A stretch of DNA of 64,000 bases from Calditrichales bacterium (GTDB taxonomy: Bacteria; Calditrichota; Calditrichia; Calditrichales; J004). Below the pieces are notes generated by a model. That model was not told where the DNA came from. It did no database searches and saw only the letters and a list, made by a program, of their open reading frames with translations. Of the stretch, positions 1 to 10,513 are shown piece by piece (the first letter of the stretch is position 1; every line of letters starts with the position of its first letter). The stretch lies in assembly GCA_965267575.1 (NCBI GenBank), contig OZ254086.1:64001-128000 (forward strand), in the 5' to 3' direction. A program made the translations under genes and the position numbers.

Positions 1-557
1 TTAAGCTCAATTAGACCAATGGGATTATTAACAATGCCTTTAAGTGACTCTATACTTTCGTGAATGGCGTCATGATCGTCAATGGCGTTACGTTCACAAT
101 AGGTGTTAACCATCTTCAGCAGCTTAAAGCCCGGTGTGAAAACGGACGCAATATCCGGTATCCAGGCTTTATCTTTTCGTATGGCCGGGTTAGACACTTC
201 GAAACGTCTTTGTTGTGGGTGAAAGGCGATACGGATATGGACTCTGCGATAGTCTTTATTGATAACCTGCTGTCCCAGAAGGGTTGCCATTAACGCCGTA
301 ACTCGCTGCTGTCCATCAATAAGAATTCTTTTGCCCGACGAAACAGTACCATCCTTGAGCTTAACATTGGGATTGCGCCAGGCGATAAGATAGCCTATAG
401 GGTAGCCCTGGTAGAGTGAATCCATCAGGTCTCTGACTTTGGTGGAGCTCCATACAAAAGGACGCTGTATCTCCGGGATAGCAATCTCATTCGACTGGAC
501 CCAGGTAAGCAATGTTTGAATAGGATGCTGGTTAACGGAGTATTGTTGGATGACCAT
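1..557 (-). CDS. DUF262 (GmrSD-family) domain protein, 5' part; runs off the left edge
   Basis: Not in the ORF track because it is truncated. Manual translation from ATG at 557: [60 protein letters not shown]...[12 protein letters not shown]. This has the DUF262 signatures (P-x-x-QRxFVW, DSLxxGYPIG, DGQQR). Confidence 0.9.
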   Translation of the reverse strand, partial: MVIQQYSVNQHPIQTLLTWVQSNEIAIPEIQRPFVWSSTKVRDLMDSLYQGYPIGYLIAWRNPNVKLKDGTVSSGKRILIDGQQRVTALMATLLGQQVINKDYRRVHIRIAFHPQQRRFEVSNPAIRKDKAWIPDIASVFTPGFKLLKMVNTYCERNAIDDHDAIHESIESLKGIVNNPIGLIEL

Positions 558-560
558 AAA

Positions 561-1364
561 CTAATTCCCTTTATTTATCCGCTTTTCGTTCTTCTCATAA
601 AGCTCTTGTACAAGCTCAAGAGTTTCCTTTAACGTCTTGGCTGCCGTTTTTCTATCAATTGTTTTATAGCCATGGATAAGTGAACTCAGCTCAGAATAAA
701 TATCATGCAACTTAAACCTTAATGCACCATATGATGTCGAATTTATTAGACGTCTGGGAGGATATTCTTTATAGAAATCCCTATCAGAGCCTGTTTGTTT
801 TATTTTTCCAACCCTGGCTCCAATATCCCGCATAGCTGTTTCAAGTATTGTCCGACATAATGCATAGACCGCATTATTACTTTGGAAAGCATAACAGCGC
901 CTAGCTTCAGAAACATAACTTCTCACACTTGAAGGAATATCAATAGGGGAAATAAGAACGCCGATTTCAATCAGGTCTTCAGCGTAACCATATGGACCAA
1001 ACCATGAGTATAAATCTTCAACAATATCTTCTAGCTCAAACAGATCATAATTATTTAGATCATATTTTTCTTCATTCATGGAATATAGACTTTGATAAAT
1101 CTTGTCACCTAGAAAGTCTTCATTATTTACTATCCTTTTAAGAAAAGTTCTTTCACTTTTATCCAGCAATGAAATGGTATCAAAATAAGCGAATTCTTTT
1201 CGAAAATCTCTTTTTGCGATAACAAAATCGCCTGAAATAATAAAAATATGTTTCAGATCCTTAGGGTTATTTTCACCTGAATTTAAAATTCTTTTATAGG
1301 CTTGTTGAATCTTAGAATCACTTTCAATAAGCTCATCTAATTTGTTTTTAAAAGTATTACCCAT
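561..1364 (-). CDS. DUF4145 / HEPN-like domain protein
   Basis: The C-terminal segment SEARRCYAFQSNNAVYALCRTILE...LSSLIHG fits the DUF4145/HEPN pattern (EA..y....RxxLE ... H). The Arg of the Rx4-6H motif appears absent. AT-rich. Confidence 0.6.
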   Translation of the reverse strand: MGNTFKNKLDELIESDSKIQQAYKRILNSGENNPKDLKHIFIISGDFVIAKRDFRKEFAYFDTISLLDKSERTFLKRIVNNEDFLGDKIYQSLYSMNEEKYDLNNYDLFELEDIVEDLYSWFGPYGYAEDLIEIGVLISPIDIPSSVRSYVSEARRCYAFQSNNAVYALCRTILETAMRDIGARVGKIKQTGSDRDFYKEYPPRRLINSTSYGALRFKLHDIYSELSSLIHGYKTIDRKTAAKTLKETLELVQELYEKNEKRINKGN

Positions 1365-1395
1365 AATAGATTTGCTATTTCATTGAAACGGAGGT

Positions 1396-3009
1396 TTACT
1401 TTACTATTTCAGATATTTTTGTGTCTAGCCATCTTACCCCATCTGCATTAAACCGATGCGGGTAAACAATTAAAAAAAGCATATAAAATATTGGAAATTC
1501 TTTTATCATTTCTGGTAAAGAATTTCCCTTGTTCTCGACAGATAATTCAAAAAATTCTTTCCATTCTTGTCGCGGTTTAAAAAATACGCTTTTTAGTTCA
1601 CCTTGTTTATTTCTCCATCTATAAAAATCGTATTTATTCTCATATTCAAAATCTTCCTTAAGTATTTTCGAAATATCAGGCCATATTGATTTTAACCGTT
1701 GTTTCCATAACCTTCGCGTGAAAATATGTACTAACCCTTCTAATGTATATGAAACGCCATCAAAACTATCTTCCAATGGAATAAGTGTAAATTGAAATAA
1801 ATATGGCATATAATCTTCTGCTTGATAATAAGGATTTGGTTTAGCGGTTGGACTTCTCAATTGATTGGATTTACACAATTCGTTTATCAATGAAAACAAA
1901 TAAAAATCAGGTTTGGGAGTGGCATCTGTTTTTCTAAAAAACCAAAATGTAGATAAAAAATTAGGGACTGCTGCCTCGCCCCAAAAAATCATTTTCTTTT
2001 TATATTTATGTATAAAATCAAAAATAAACTTATCTAATTCGTCAGGTTTTATTCCCTCTGCCCTCCGCATAAACCATAGTACGCTCATTAAACTAACGAG
2101 TATGTTTGATCTAAAACCTAATATTGCTAAATCCGTTAATAAGCTACCTTCAATAATATTTTTTCTAATCTGCAGATCTTTTAATAAATCATATAAGGAA
2201 TCCTTGATAAGTACAAACGATATATCAATAGCATTTTTAATTTCATTTAATCGAATTCCATATTTTTCAGAAAAAGACATTGTATAGGAGATATAGATTA
2301 CCCATGCTTCAATTTCAGCATAGTAGTTCTTTTTATTTGAATAGTTTGACAAACACAAAGCACACAATAAAGCAGCACTTGATATGCGTCTTAAACACTC
2401 TGCTGTTGGAATTGCTTTCGCTTTATCTAAATCATATAAACTTTCAAAAAGCATTGATAGGTTTCTTTTATCAATCATTCCCGATCCATCATCGAGAAAG
2501 AATGACAAAAAAATGTTAAACTCGTTTAATTCAGAAGGCCATAAGTTATTTTCAAGGCTTGCTGCCATTTCTAAAAGTTCACCACGAACTATTGTATGTA
2601 GATGATAATTTACTCCTGTTAGTTCAGCCCAGCTACGGTTCAGATTATCAATAGCAATGGCCACTTCTTCTTCTATTTCACCATTTACGACCAAATAACA
2701 TCTTCGCGGTTCGGAACTATCTATTGATGGATGAATTGGAGGTTGAGTAACCAAATCTAAAACTTGAGCATTTAGATCTCTTCGCCACTGTCTAATGCCT
2801 ATTCTTCTGTTTTCTGCATTCTTTAGTTGATAAACACAAATAGTCCCTTCTCGATCTCTCGTAATTACATCCTTTCCAAGTTCCATTGCACTGTGGCGTG
2901 TAGAATGGATAATTGTTTCCCCCCTATTTGATAACATATAGCAAAAGGGTTTTTGGAAAGAGCGCTCGGATGCACTATCCAACCAGTTTTCGATTATTCT
3001 CTCTTTCAT
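1396..3009 (-). CDS. Protein with N-terminal restriction-endonuclease-like (Mrr-like D..QxK) domain and helical C-terminal region
   Basis: N-terminal SERSFQ...ELGKDVITRDREGTICVYQLK matches the E...GxD...(E/Q)xK nuclease pattern. The remaining ~370 aa are not recognised. Confidence 0.6.
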   Translation of the reverse strand: MKERIIENWLDSASERSFQKPFCYMLSNRGETIIHSTRHSAMELGKDVITRDREGTICVYQLKNAENRRIGIRQWRRDLNAQVLDLVTQPPIHPSIDSSEPRRCYLVVNGEIEEEVAIAIDNLNRSWAELTGVNYHLHTIVRGELLEMAASLENNLWPSELNEFNIFLSFFLDDGSGMIDKRNLSMLFESLYDLDKAKAIPTAECLRRISSAALLCALCLSNYSNKKNYYAEIEAWVIYISYTMSFSEKYGIRLNEIKNAIDISFVLIKDSLYDLLKDLQIRKNIIEGSLLTDLAILGFRSNILVSLMSVLWFMRRAEGIKPDELDKFIFDFIHKYKKKMIFWGEAAVPNFLSTFWFFRKTDATPKPDFYLFSLINELCKSNQLRSPTAKPNPYYQAEDYMPYLFQFTLIPLEDSFDGVSYTLEGLVHIFTRRLWKQRLKSIWPDISKILKEDFEYENKYDFYRWRNKQGELKSVFFKPRQEWKEFFELSVENKGNSLPEMIKEFPIFYMLFLIVYPHRFNADGVRWLDTKISEIVK

Positions 3010-3571
3010 GCCATTCTGCTTTTTTCTTAGATATTATTTGTGAGAATCTTTCTCTGACAGAAGGATCTTTTTCTAATTTCTGCAACTCATTATTAATTGA
3101 TTCGGCAATTTCAGGTCCAACAACCATCGTGGGCAGAAAAGGTTTACCATTTTTATCAAACTCAATAAAAATTTTTTTCAGCATTGCAAAAAAATCATCT
3201 ATAGAAAAGTTTCTTCCTTTTAAATCGAATTTATTTCCTGATTTGTCAGTCGTCTTACTTATCTCTTCAAACAAAAAAACACTTTTCTGCTTTGCCATTT
3301 CTTGTGCAATAGATTCAATCTTTTCTATTAAATCCTCAACGGTTAAATCTTCAACTCCTTCCAAAGGCGTTGTAACTTCAGCTTTGAATTCCTTTCTTAC
3401 GTTTTCATCTATTTCTCCATCTTCTCTTTTAATGGAAGATTTATGACCTTCCATTAAGATTTTCTGGGGTGCATCTGCTACAACTCCAGAATATTTTTTT
3501 TCTCGCATCTTAAGCGCTAAAAGTAACTGCTCTTTTAATTTTTCTTTAATTTTGGGGTAATCCGGTAGCAT
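2975..3571 (-). CDS. Hypothetical 198-aa protein, possibly a truncated HK97/encapsulin-like fold
   Basis: Clean ORF with a GAGG RBS; its 3' end overlaps the start of the next gene by 35 bp. The fold assignment is by pattern only (see findings). Confidence 0.55.
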   Translation of the reverse strand: MLPDYPKIKEKLKEQLLLALKMREKKYSGVVADAPQKILMEGHKSSIKREDGEIDENVRKEFKAEVTTPLEGVEDLTVEDLIEKIESIAQEMAKQKSVFLFEEISKTTDKSGNKFDLKGRNFSIDDFFAMLKKIFIEFDKNGKPFLPTMVVGPEIAESINNELQKLEKDPSVRERFSQIISKKKAEWHERENNRKLVG

Positions 3572-3718
3572 TTATTAAACCCTCTCTTCCCTTTGTGCTG
3601 CATCGTTCTTTATAGCCTGTCGACTAAATGATTCTGCCCCCACTCCATACCCTTTCTACACCAGCTTTATAATAAACGTATTTAATCTTGTTGTCACTAA
3701 CTTTTATGTTTAATCACA

Positions 3719-6700
3719 TTACTCCCCTTCTCCCCTATGCGCGGCCCGCGGGTCCCCCGGCGGTGGATCTAAACGGGTTTGATAGGGCTGCCCCGTACGC
3801 ATGGCTTCGGCCATTTCATCATAGATTTCCAAGATGACGCGTTTGGTGCGGTACTCGCCGTGGGCGGCTATGTCTTTGCGTTTGACGATGGGGAAGGTTT
3901 CCATGATGTAGTCGACATCATCCCGTTCGATGCCGTATAGATGAAAATAAGCTGCATCCAATTCGCAGCGTATAAGAAACCGGCGCTCTTCATCCCATAC
4001 AAAGGGGTAGCTACTAAAACCGCATTCTTTCGCCAAAGGCTTTATATCATATGCTGTATAAGACAATTCAATCACTCGGTCACACACCATATTCAGGTGT
4101 TGAACGCTATATGAAGCTGGAGTAATTGCCGGCAACTGTCGTAATAAGTAAAAGTTAATATTTGTACCACCTATTTTTGTCCGCGCCAAATAATCAAAAA
4201 CAAAAGTATTTAGGTTTTGCAATAAACAACACTCCAACTGACTATTCTTATCAGTATTAATTATAAATTCGCTGTCTCCGAGTCCTAATTTTGGGCAGAA
4301 TTTTGCAATAATGCTTCTTTCGTTAGTCGATGGACCAAATCTTCGATAGGATAACAACCAGTCTTTTTCAATTTGTGAGATTTCAGTCTGATTTACCCAG
4401 TAATTGGGTATAGGCAAAAAGCTTTCATCTTGATGCTCTGTTAAAGTAATTAATCTCGTTTCCCCGTTATCAGAATAAGTAGCATACCTATGGTCGAACT
4501 GGTGCATCATCTTCGCTTCATACAGTGGCAGGTATTTCTCATCTCCCTTGCAGAAAACATTGCCGCGCAGCTCCCAGCCATCTTCTTCCAGTTGCTCGCG
4601 GGTGCGGAAAAGGTGCGAATCATTGGACATATCAAACATACGGACAAACTTAATGCCCCATGGATTGCCGTCCGGGTCGTCTTCTTTGATCAGCACGGGG
4701 ACACGGCGGTAGATGCTTTTGGTCAGCTCAGCGTCGCGCTTGCTGCGGAAAATAGGACAGGTTTTGGTGTTGGGGTTGAGCAGTTCGATATCTTCGGCCG
4801 TCAGGGTAAAATGCTTCTCCGAATCACGCAGCTCTTCCGTGCCCTGGGCAAAAAAGACAAAATCGGCACCCTGCCGGGCCGGACGTTTTATGCCGCTCAT
4901 GGTCAGCAGACAAAACTTATAGCTGCGGTGGACCCCCTGAAAAATAGCCCTGCGGTTTTCAAAATCATACAGACTGTGCAGCATCGCCTTTTCCATCAGG
5001 TCCTGGAAGAAAAACTTGGTGGTGTCGTCGGTGGCAATACCGGAAGGCACAATACAGCCCACACGCCCTGTCGGATTGATGATGGTTCGCTTGGCTTCGG
5101 CAAACAGGGCATAGGTATTTACATCGCCCCGGCCCGTTAAAGCATACAGACCGCTGTCACGCACAAAATGGCTTTCTCCTTCAGCCTTACGCCGGTCTTC
5201 CAGGAATGCCCTGTACAGCGTCGGGTCTTCCGTCTGCAGTTCTGCAATCATCTCGCGGCGACGTGCGGCATTAGGCGCATCGGCAATATCCGGGCGGCGC
5301 GTGGCAAACCACTCTTTCTCCTGCAGTTTGATGCGCTCCCATGGCGGGTTGCCCAGCACCACATCAAAACCACCGATCCAGCCGGTCTCCTTATTGTCCG
5401 CCTGCTCGCCCGTGCCCGGCACATGGAACACATCGGGGAATTCGATATGCCAGTGGAAAAAACTGTATTGGTCGGCCAGGCGGTTTATCTCTTCATCCAG
5501 CCAGTCTGGTATAACTGCCGGCCGTTCCTGCACACGACGAAACACTTCATGGGTAATGGGATAGTCAAACTGCTTTGATTTCTTCCACACAAAAGCCGCG
5601 CACCAGGTATCGGCAATCAGCTTATTCAGAATGTAATCATCGGATGAGCGATGTTCGTTAAACAGAAAGCTTTTACGCGACACCGCTTCAAAGGAGTCAT
5701 CAGGCAGTGTATCGATATCCTGCACCGTGTCGGACAGGTTGCCGTACCGGAACCACAGGCCGGGTTCATGAAACAGACTTTTCTGACCCCTTTCGCGTTC
5801 CTGTTTGTTGCGTTTTTTATACTCGCTGCAATAGGCTCTGTTATCGCCTTCAATGGGTTTAAAGGCATCATCGGGAATACCCTTATTGATCAGGGCCGGT
5901 GTTGTGCCCAGCAGGCTGTTACCACACAGAATACGGTGATCCAGAAAGGAGAGCGGTTTGCCCGGTTCCAGCGCTTCCATCCACAGCCCCACCTTGCACA
6001 GCTCCACCGACATTTCATTGATATCTACGCCGTAGATACAGTGGCCGATGATATCACGCAGCGCTTTGCGGTTCTCTTCCGGCGCAGCTTCTTCATCGCC
6101 TGTGCGGGCAAAGGCCAGCTTACGGGCCATGCGGTGTGCCGCAGCAATTAAAAAATGTCCGCTGCCACAGGCGGGATCGCATATTTTTAAATCCAGGATG
6201 GCCTTTTCAGGATCGGCGTTTTTCAGTGCTTCATCCAGCACCGGGTCCAGCGCGGAATTCAGCAATTCACGGATCAGGCTGGTAGGCGTGTAATAGGAGC
6301 CGGTGGTCTTGCGCTCATGCCCGCCGGCCGTCTTAAGCTCAAAGCTGCCGCCTTCCGTGCTCAGTTCCGGGTGCAGCTCCAAAAGCGATTCATAGATGCT
6401 GCCCAATTCTTCCGACCCGGTGTTTTTAAAGTCCACCGGCCGCCGCACCCCACCATCTTGGATAAAGGCCAGCGCTCGGATGGCATCCAGGAAATCATGG
6501 TTGCGGATATCGGATTGCTCCAGGTGGGGAATGGTGGCATCGGAAAACAGGAAACTGCCCAGGGCCGGCAAAGCCAGTTCAGGACATCCGTCCGGATCAC
6601 TGAGCTTTTGCATCACCAGCTTCAGGCCGCGATAGAGATCGCTATTACGGGTGCCGCGCTGCCGTTGCGCCAGCCGCCGGAAACGCATGGTGGAATAGTA

Positions 6701-7663
6701 ACGGGTGTAGATTTCTTTGGCGCCATCGGGTGCTTCCGGGGTGAGCAGCAGGTTACGGTCTTCGGCAGTAAACAGGAAGATCAGCCGGTAGACCAGGCGC
6801 AGCAACTGGCGATAATAATCCTGCTTGTCCAGCGCACCGCTGCGAAGTTTTTCGCGTAAGCCATTGTTACCGGGATAGTTGAGAAAACCGCTGCCCAGCG
6901 CCGTGATCGTCTCTTCCACACCTTTGCGCAACTGGTCCAGCGCTCGCGTTCCCTGCTCCTGCGCCGATTGCGACCATCGTTCCAGCCAGCACTCTTCCGG
7001 CTTGTCCGCTTCCACCCGTGATTGATGACCTAATATCCAGAGCAGCACGAAGTCGGCATAGACTTCGCCTTCCATCATCGCTTCCAGGTCGAACTCCACA
7101 TAGGCCTGGCGCGTCAGGCTGACATTATCACGCAGGATTCGCAGCTTAAGTCCGTTGGATAGAAAACCCCACAAATGGTCATCGGAACGATTAAGGAATT
7201 CCTGCAGCAGGCTGTGCGGGCTTGCACTTGCGGCTCCGGCAACACCTTTTGTACGCCGGTCCAGGTCGATCTTAAAGCCCAGCAGGTGAATCGGCACATG
7301 GCGCCAGGTATGCGAGATGCTGTATTCCTTGTTCTCCAGTACAAAACGTTTGGAAGGCTGCAGTCGGCCATAGCCAAGCTCACTGAAGATCTGCAGCAGC
7401 CAGCGTTCGCGGGTCAGCGTAGTGCCTAAATCTTCATGCGGCAGTTTGTTGCGTTGTGTGCTGAACGATTGCCAGGCGCCCAGCAGGCGGTTCCAGGCGC
7501 GGTTGATCGCTTCGTTAACTTTTTCATTGGGCAGCAGGTGAAAGCTTTGCGGATTCAGACCATCCACATCTTTGGCGCTGACCAGACGCTGCAACAGGTC
7601 CGGCGGCAAGATGGCACCTTCCACCTGTATTGTTGTAAAGAGATCGCGTTTCTTAGTTTGCAT
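3719..7663 (-). CDS. Type IIG/Eco57I-like N6-adenine DNA methyltransferase (DrmMI-like)
   Basis: TGSYYTP, SAM-binding DPACGSGHFL, catalytic GNPPW, C-terminal target-recognition region, and an N-terminal REase-like region (WGFLSNGLKLRILRD). Confidence 0.92.
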   Translation of the reverse strand: MQTKKRDLFTTIQVEGAILPPDLLQRLVSAKDVDGLNPQSFHLLPNEKVNEAINRAWNRLLGAWQSFSTQRNKLPHEDLGTTLTRERWLLQIFSELGYGRLQPSKRFVLENKEYSISHTWRHVPIHLLGFKIDLDRRTKGVAGAASASPHSLLQEFLNRSDDHLWGFLSNGLKLRILRDNVSLTRQAYVEFDLEAMMEGEVYADFVLLWILGHQSRVEADKPEECWLERWSQSAQEQGTRALDQLRKGVEETITALGSGFLNYPGNNGLREKLRSGALDKQDYYRQLLRLVYRLIFLFTAEDRNLLLTPEAPDGAKEIYTRYYSTMRFRRLAQRQRGTRNSDLYRGLKLVMQKLSDPDGCPELALPALGSFLFSDATIPHLEQSDIRNHDFLDAIRALAFIQDGGVRRPVDFKNTGSEELGSIYESLLELHPELSTEGGSFELKTAGGHERKTTGSYYTPTSLIRELLNSALDPVLDEALKNADPEKAILDLKICDPACGSGHFLIAAAHRMARKLAFARTGDEEAAPEENRKALRDIIGHCIYGVDINEMSVELCKVGLWMEALEPGKPLSFLDHRILCGNSLLGTTPALINKGIPDDAFKPIEGDNRAYCSEYKKRNKQERERGQKSLFHEPGLWFRYGNLSDTVQDIDTLPDDSFEAVSRKSFLFNEHRSSDDYILNKLIADTWCAAFVWKKSKQFDYPITHEVFRRVQERPAVIPDWLDEEINRLADQYSFFHWHIEFPDVFHVPGTGEQADNKETGWIGGFDVVLGNPPWERIKLQEKEWFATRRPDIADAPNAARRREMIAELQTEDPTLYRAFLEDRRKAEGESHFVRDSGLYALTGRGDVNTYALFAEAKRTIINPTGRVGCIVPSGIATDDTTKFFFQDLMEKAMLHSLYDFENRRAIFQGVHRSYKFCLLTMSGIKRPARQGADFVFFAQGTEELRDSEKHFTLTAEDIELLNPNTKTCPIFRSKRDAELTKSIYRRVPVLIKEDDPDGNPWGIKFVRMFDMSNDSHLFRTREQLEEDGWELRGNVFCKGDEKYLPLYEAKMMHQFDHRYATYSDNGETRLITLTEHQDESFLPIPNYWVNQTEISQIEKDWLLSYRRFGPSTNERSIIAKFCPKLGLGDSEFIINTDKNSQLECCLLQNLNTFVFDYLARTKIGGTNINFYLLRQLPAITPASYSVQHLNMVCDRVIELSYTAYDIKPLAKECGFSSYPFVWDEERRFLIRCELDAAYFHLYGIERDDVDYIMETFPIVKRKDIAAHGEYRTKRVILEIYDEMAEAMRTGQPYQTRLDPPPGDPRAAHRGEGE

Positions 7664-7675
7664 AATCTGCTTCTT

Positions 7676-10513
7676 CTACTCCGCCAGCGGCAGAAAAACG
7701 TAAATGCCCAGTACATCCACGGGCAGTAATGGCCTGACTTTATAGGTTACACCACGCAGGTTGGACGCGCTGCGCACCCGCTTGTGGGCTTCGGCCAGTT
7801 CTTCGGCCATCTCCTGTGCTGTGTTGTCAATTTTCTTCTGGACGGGTGTAAAATTATCGGTGGTCCTTCTGACCTGGTGCCTGATCATGTCGGGCGTAAT
7901 ATTGGCATCGGGCTGCGCTTCCAGCAACGCGTTGATGCGTTCTTTGCTTAGCCATTGCGGATCATCATGCCCGCCATTGAATCCAAAGACACTTGCTTCT
8001 TCGGAGAGTAATACCTTCTCCTGCCCGCTGCGCACGTTAATGATGTGAAAGCGGAAACGGCATAACACCAGTATCGTCCGCTGCTCCACCTGTCGCGTTC
8101 GTATGGCGCCACAACGTTTGGTGATGCTCTCGTTGCCGGGATCGAGCGTGGTGTCCAGCACATAGTTTGCCAGCCCTTCCACCAGCGGATGGGTGCGGTT
8201 CAGGTAGAGCACATCGTCTTTGACGGGCAAATCAAAATTGGCGTTAAACACATTTTTGTTGATGTTCAGGATATCTTTCAATGCCAGCGGCATCTCCTTG
8301 ATGTCAATACGCAATGCGCCGTTTTCGGAAATGACCGCTTTATGGGCTTTCAGCACCTGTTTAGTAAACCAGGCCACATCCTGTTGCGTCCCGATCGCTT
8401 CACGGGCTTTACGCAGCTCTTCGGCCACTTCATCGACCTTGATGGTCGCCTGGGCAAACATCGCCCGTGAGCGTTTCTCGCGGTCATGAACGGCATCCCA
8501 CTTACGGTGCAGGTCTTCTTTCTGCGGCTGCAGATACTCTTCAAATCCCGGCAGAATCAACTGGTTGACTTTCCGGTCCCGCTGACCGCGCAGCAGCAGC
8601 CCTTCAAAGACCGCTTCAATCACCTGGTCCGTCTTGGCCGGCACCGGCACCGAAACACCAAGCGAGTTGCGGATGGTTTTATGCTTACGCAGAAGTACAT
8701 CCAGTACAATACCGTCGATCTGGTTATCGATGCCGTAATAGGTGATCACCTTTACCTGCGGACTGGGCTGCCCGAAGCGGTCCACACGTCCTTCGCGCTG
8801 TTCATGGCGCGTCGGGTTCCAGGACAGGTCGTAATGCATCACCGCGTTAAAATGGTCCTGCAGGTTAATGCCTTCGCTCAGGCAGTCGGTACAAACCAGC
8901 ACGCGTTTGTCAAACTCCGACATCGCCGCCACCCTGCTTTCGCGCTCCGCAGGGGGCAGATGGCCGGTTACCGGTACCACTTCCACTTTGCCGCTAAGGT
9001 GTTCGCGTAACGCATTTGTCACATATTCAACCGTGGGGATAAAGCGGCAGAATATGATCGGCCGGTAGCCGTCTTTTATCAATCCTTTAATCAGATCAAT
9101 TGCTTTTTTCAGCTTGAGATCGTTTTCGATACCCTGCAGTTTGTCTGCGGACCTGGCAAGGTCCAGCAAGCGCCGGCGGTTGTTTTGTGCGTCTTGCGCC
9201 AGATCACCCAGGTCGCTGCCCGGTGTCACATCAATGCTTTCCGCCGTATCGTCATCCATCAGATCGAGCACGGCATGTTTGCCCACTTCATCGGCCTGCT
9301 GTTCATCTTCCGTATCTGCAGATGCCGCACGGGTACGCAAAGTCGCCGCCGCTGCCGCAGGACTGGATGCCAGTGAACGCAGCAGGGCCAGCGCCGACCA
9401 CCACCTTACGCGCTGTTTAAAAGCGCTGTCGCTATCTTCCTGCACCGATTCACGCACGTAAGCTATAATCTTTTCGGAGAAAGCCTGATAGGCCGCAGAC
9501 AGGTTATAATTTTCTTCCACGTCGGTTCCGCTGCGCTCGGGAAACTTGGTCTCTTCACCCAGGTAGTCTTTGATGTTACCGCGTTTGCGCTGTACAAAGT
9601 AACGGGCCAGATCGCGCCGTCTGTGCTCGTTTTCGGAACCGGTCAGGTCTTCGGGCAGGTCGGCAAAATCGGGCTTCAGAAAGGTTAACAGGGAGCGAAA
9701 GGCTTCTTCCTTGCCGGAATGCGGTGTGGCCGTCACCAGCACCATGTGACGGTTTTCATCTCTGGACAGTCCCGAGACCAGTTCGTAACGCTGATGCCGT
9801 CCGCGGTTGTTTCGATCGCCCCGGGCACATGTATGCGCTTCATCCACGATAACAAACTCCGGGCAGGAACGCAGGAACTCATCACGCCGCTTGTCCGACT
9901 TTATATAGTCCATGGAAACGATGACAAAGGGATAATGCTCGAACAACGACTCACCAAGGCGGCATTTCTTTTCCAGCTTACGCGCCGTGCTTGGCAGAAC
10001 CAGCTCGGCGTCGATATGGAATTTATCGCTTAGTTCTTTTTGCCACTGCTCAGCCAGCTGTGGCGGGCACAACACGGCGATATTTTCAATTTCTCCGCGG
10101 TCCAGTAACTCGCGCGCAATCAGTGCTGCTTCAATGGTCTTGCCGATACCCACGTCATCGGCAATCAGGATACGCACCGGCTCCAGCTTCAGAGCCATCA
10201 GTAGCGGCACAAGCTGATAAGGTCGCGGCTCCACGGCGATTTTGCCAAAACAGCGGAACGGACCGGCGCTGGAACGAAAACCGATACGCAACGCATCCCG
10301 CAACAGCTTGCAGGATATAAAGTCACCCACGTCTTCGGGATCGGGCAGATCAAAATGGGCCGGTTCTATCTCTTCCAAAGTTGGTAAAATCCCGGTCATT
10401 TCCGCATCGGTGCCACCCAGTGGCCGCACCATCACCAGTTCATCCGATGTACCGGGCAGCACAACCCAGTCGCGTTCCCGCACCCTTACAAGGCTTCCTA
10501 CACTATAATTCAT
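7676..10513 (-). CDS. SNF2/RapA-like helicase (DrmD-like)
   Basis: PRPYQ, LIADDVGIGKT, DEAH, TATPH, EGINLQ, WNPTRHEQREGRVDRFGQ. Confidence 0.92.
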   Translation of the reverse strand: MNYSVGSLVRVRERDWVVLPGTSDELVMVRPLGGTDAEMTGILPTLEEIEPAHFDLPDPEDVGDFISCKLLRDALRIGFRSSAGPFRCFGKIAVEPRPYQLVPLLMALKLEPVRILIADDVGIGKTIEAALIARELLDRGEIENIAVLCPPQLAEQWQKELSDKFHIDAELVLPSTARKLEKKCRLGESLFEHYPFVIVSMDYIKSDKRRDEFLRSCPEFVIVDEAHTCARGDRNNRGRHQRYELVSGLSRDENRHMVLVTATPHSGKEEAFRSLLTFLKPDFADLPEDLTGSENEHRRRDLARYFVQRKRGNIKDYLGEETKFPERSGTDVEENYNLSAAYQAFSEKIIAYVRESVQEDSDSAFKQRVRWWSALALLRSLASSPAAAAATLRTRAASADTEDEQQADEVGKHAVLDLMDDDTAESIDVTPGSDLGDLAQDAQNNRRRLLDLARSADKLQGIENDLKLKKAIDLIKGLIKDGYRPIIFCRFIPTVEYVTNALREHLSGKVEVVPVTGHLPPAERESRVAAMSEFDKRVLVCTDCLSEGINLQDHFNAVMHYDLSWNPTRHEQREGRVDRFGQPSPQVKVITYYGIDNQIDGIVLDVLLRKHKTIRNSLGVSVPVPAKTDQVIEAVFEGLLLRGQRDRKVNQLILPGFEEYLQPQKEDLHRKWDAVHDREKRSRAMFAQATIKVDEVAEELRKAREAIGTQQDVAWFTKQVLKAHKAVISENGALRIDIKEMPLALKDILNINKNVFNANFDLPVKDDVLYLNRTHPLVEGLANYVLDTTLDPGNESITKRCGAIRTRQVEQRTILVLCRFRFHIINVRSGQEKVLLSEEASVFGFNGGHDDPQWLSKERINALLEAQPDANITPDMIRHQVRRTTDNFTPVQKKIDNTAQEMAEELAEAHKRVRSASNLRGVTYKVRPLLPVDVLGIYVFLPLAE

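Noticed and set aside
60-293. 77-aa + strand ORF
   Set aside because: Lies antisense to the DUF262 gene found on the - strand.
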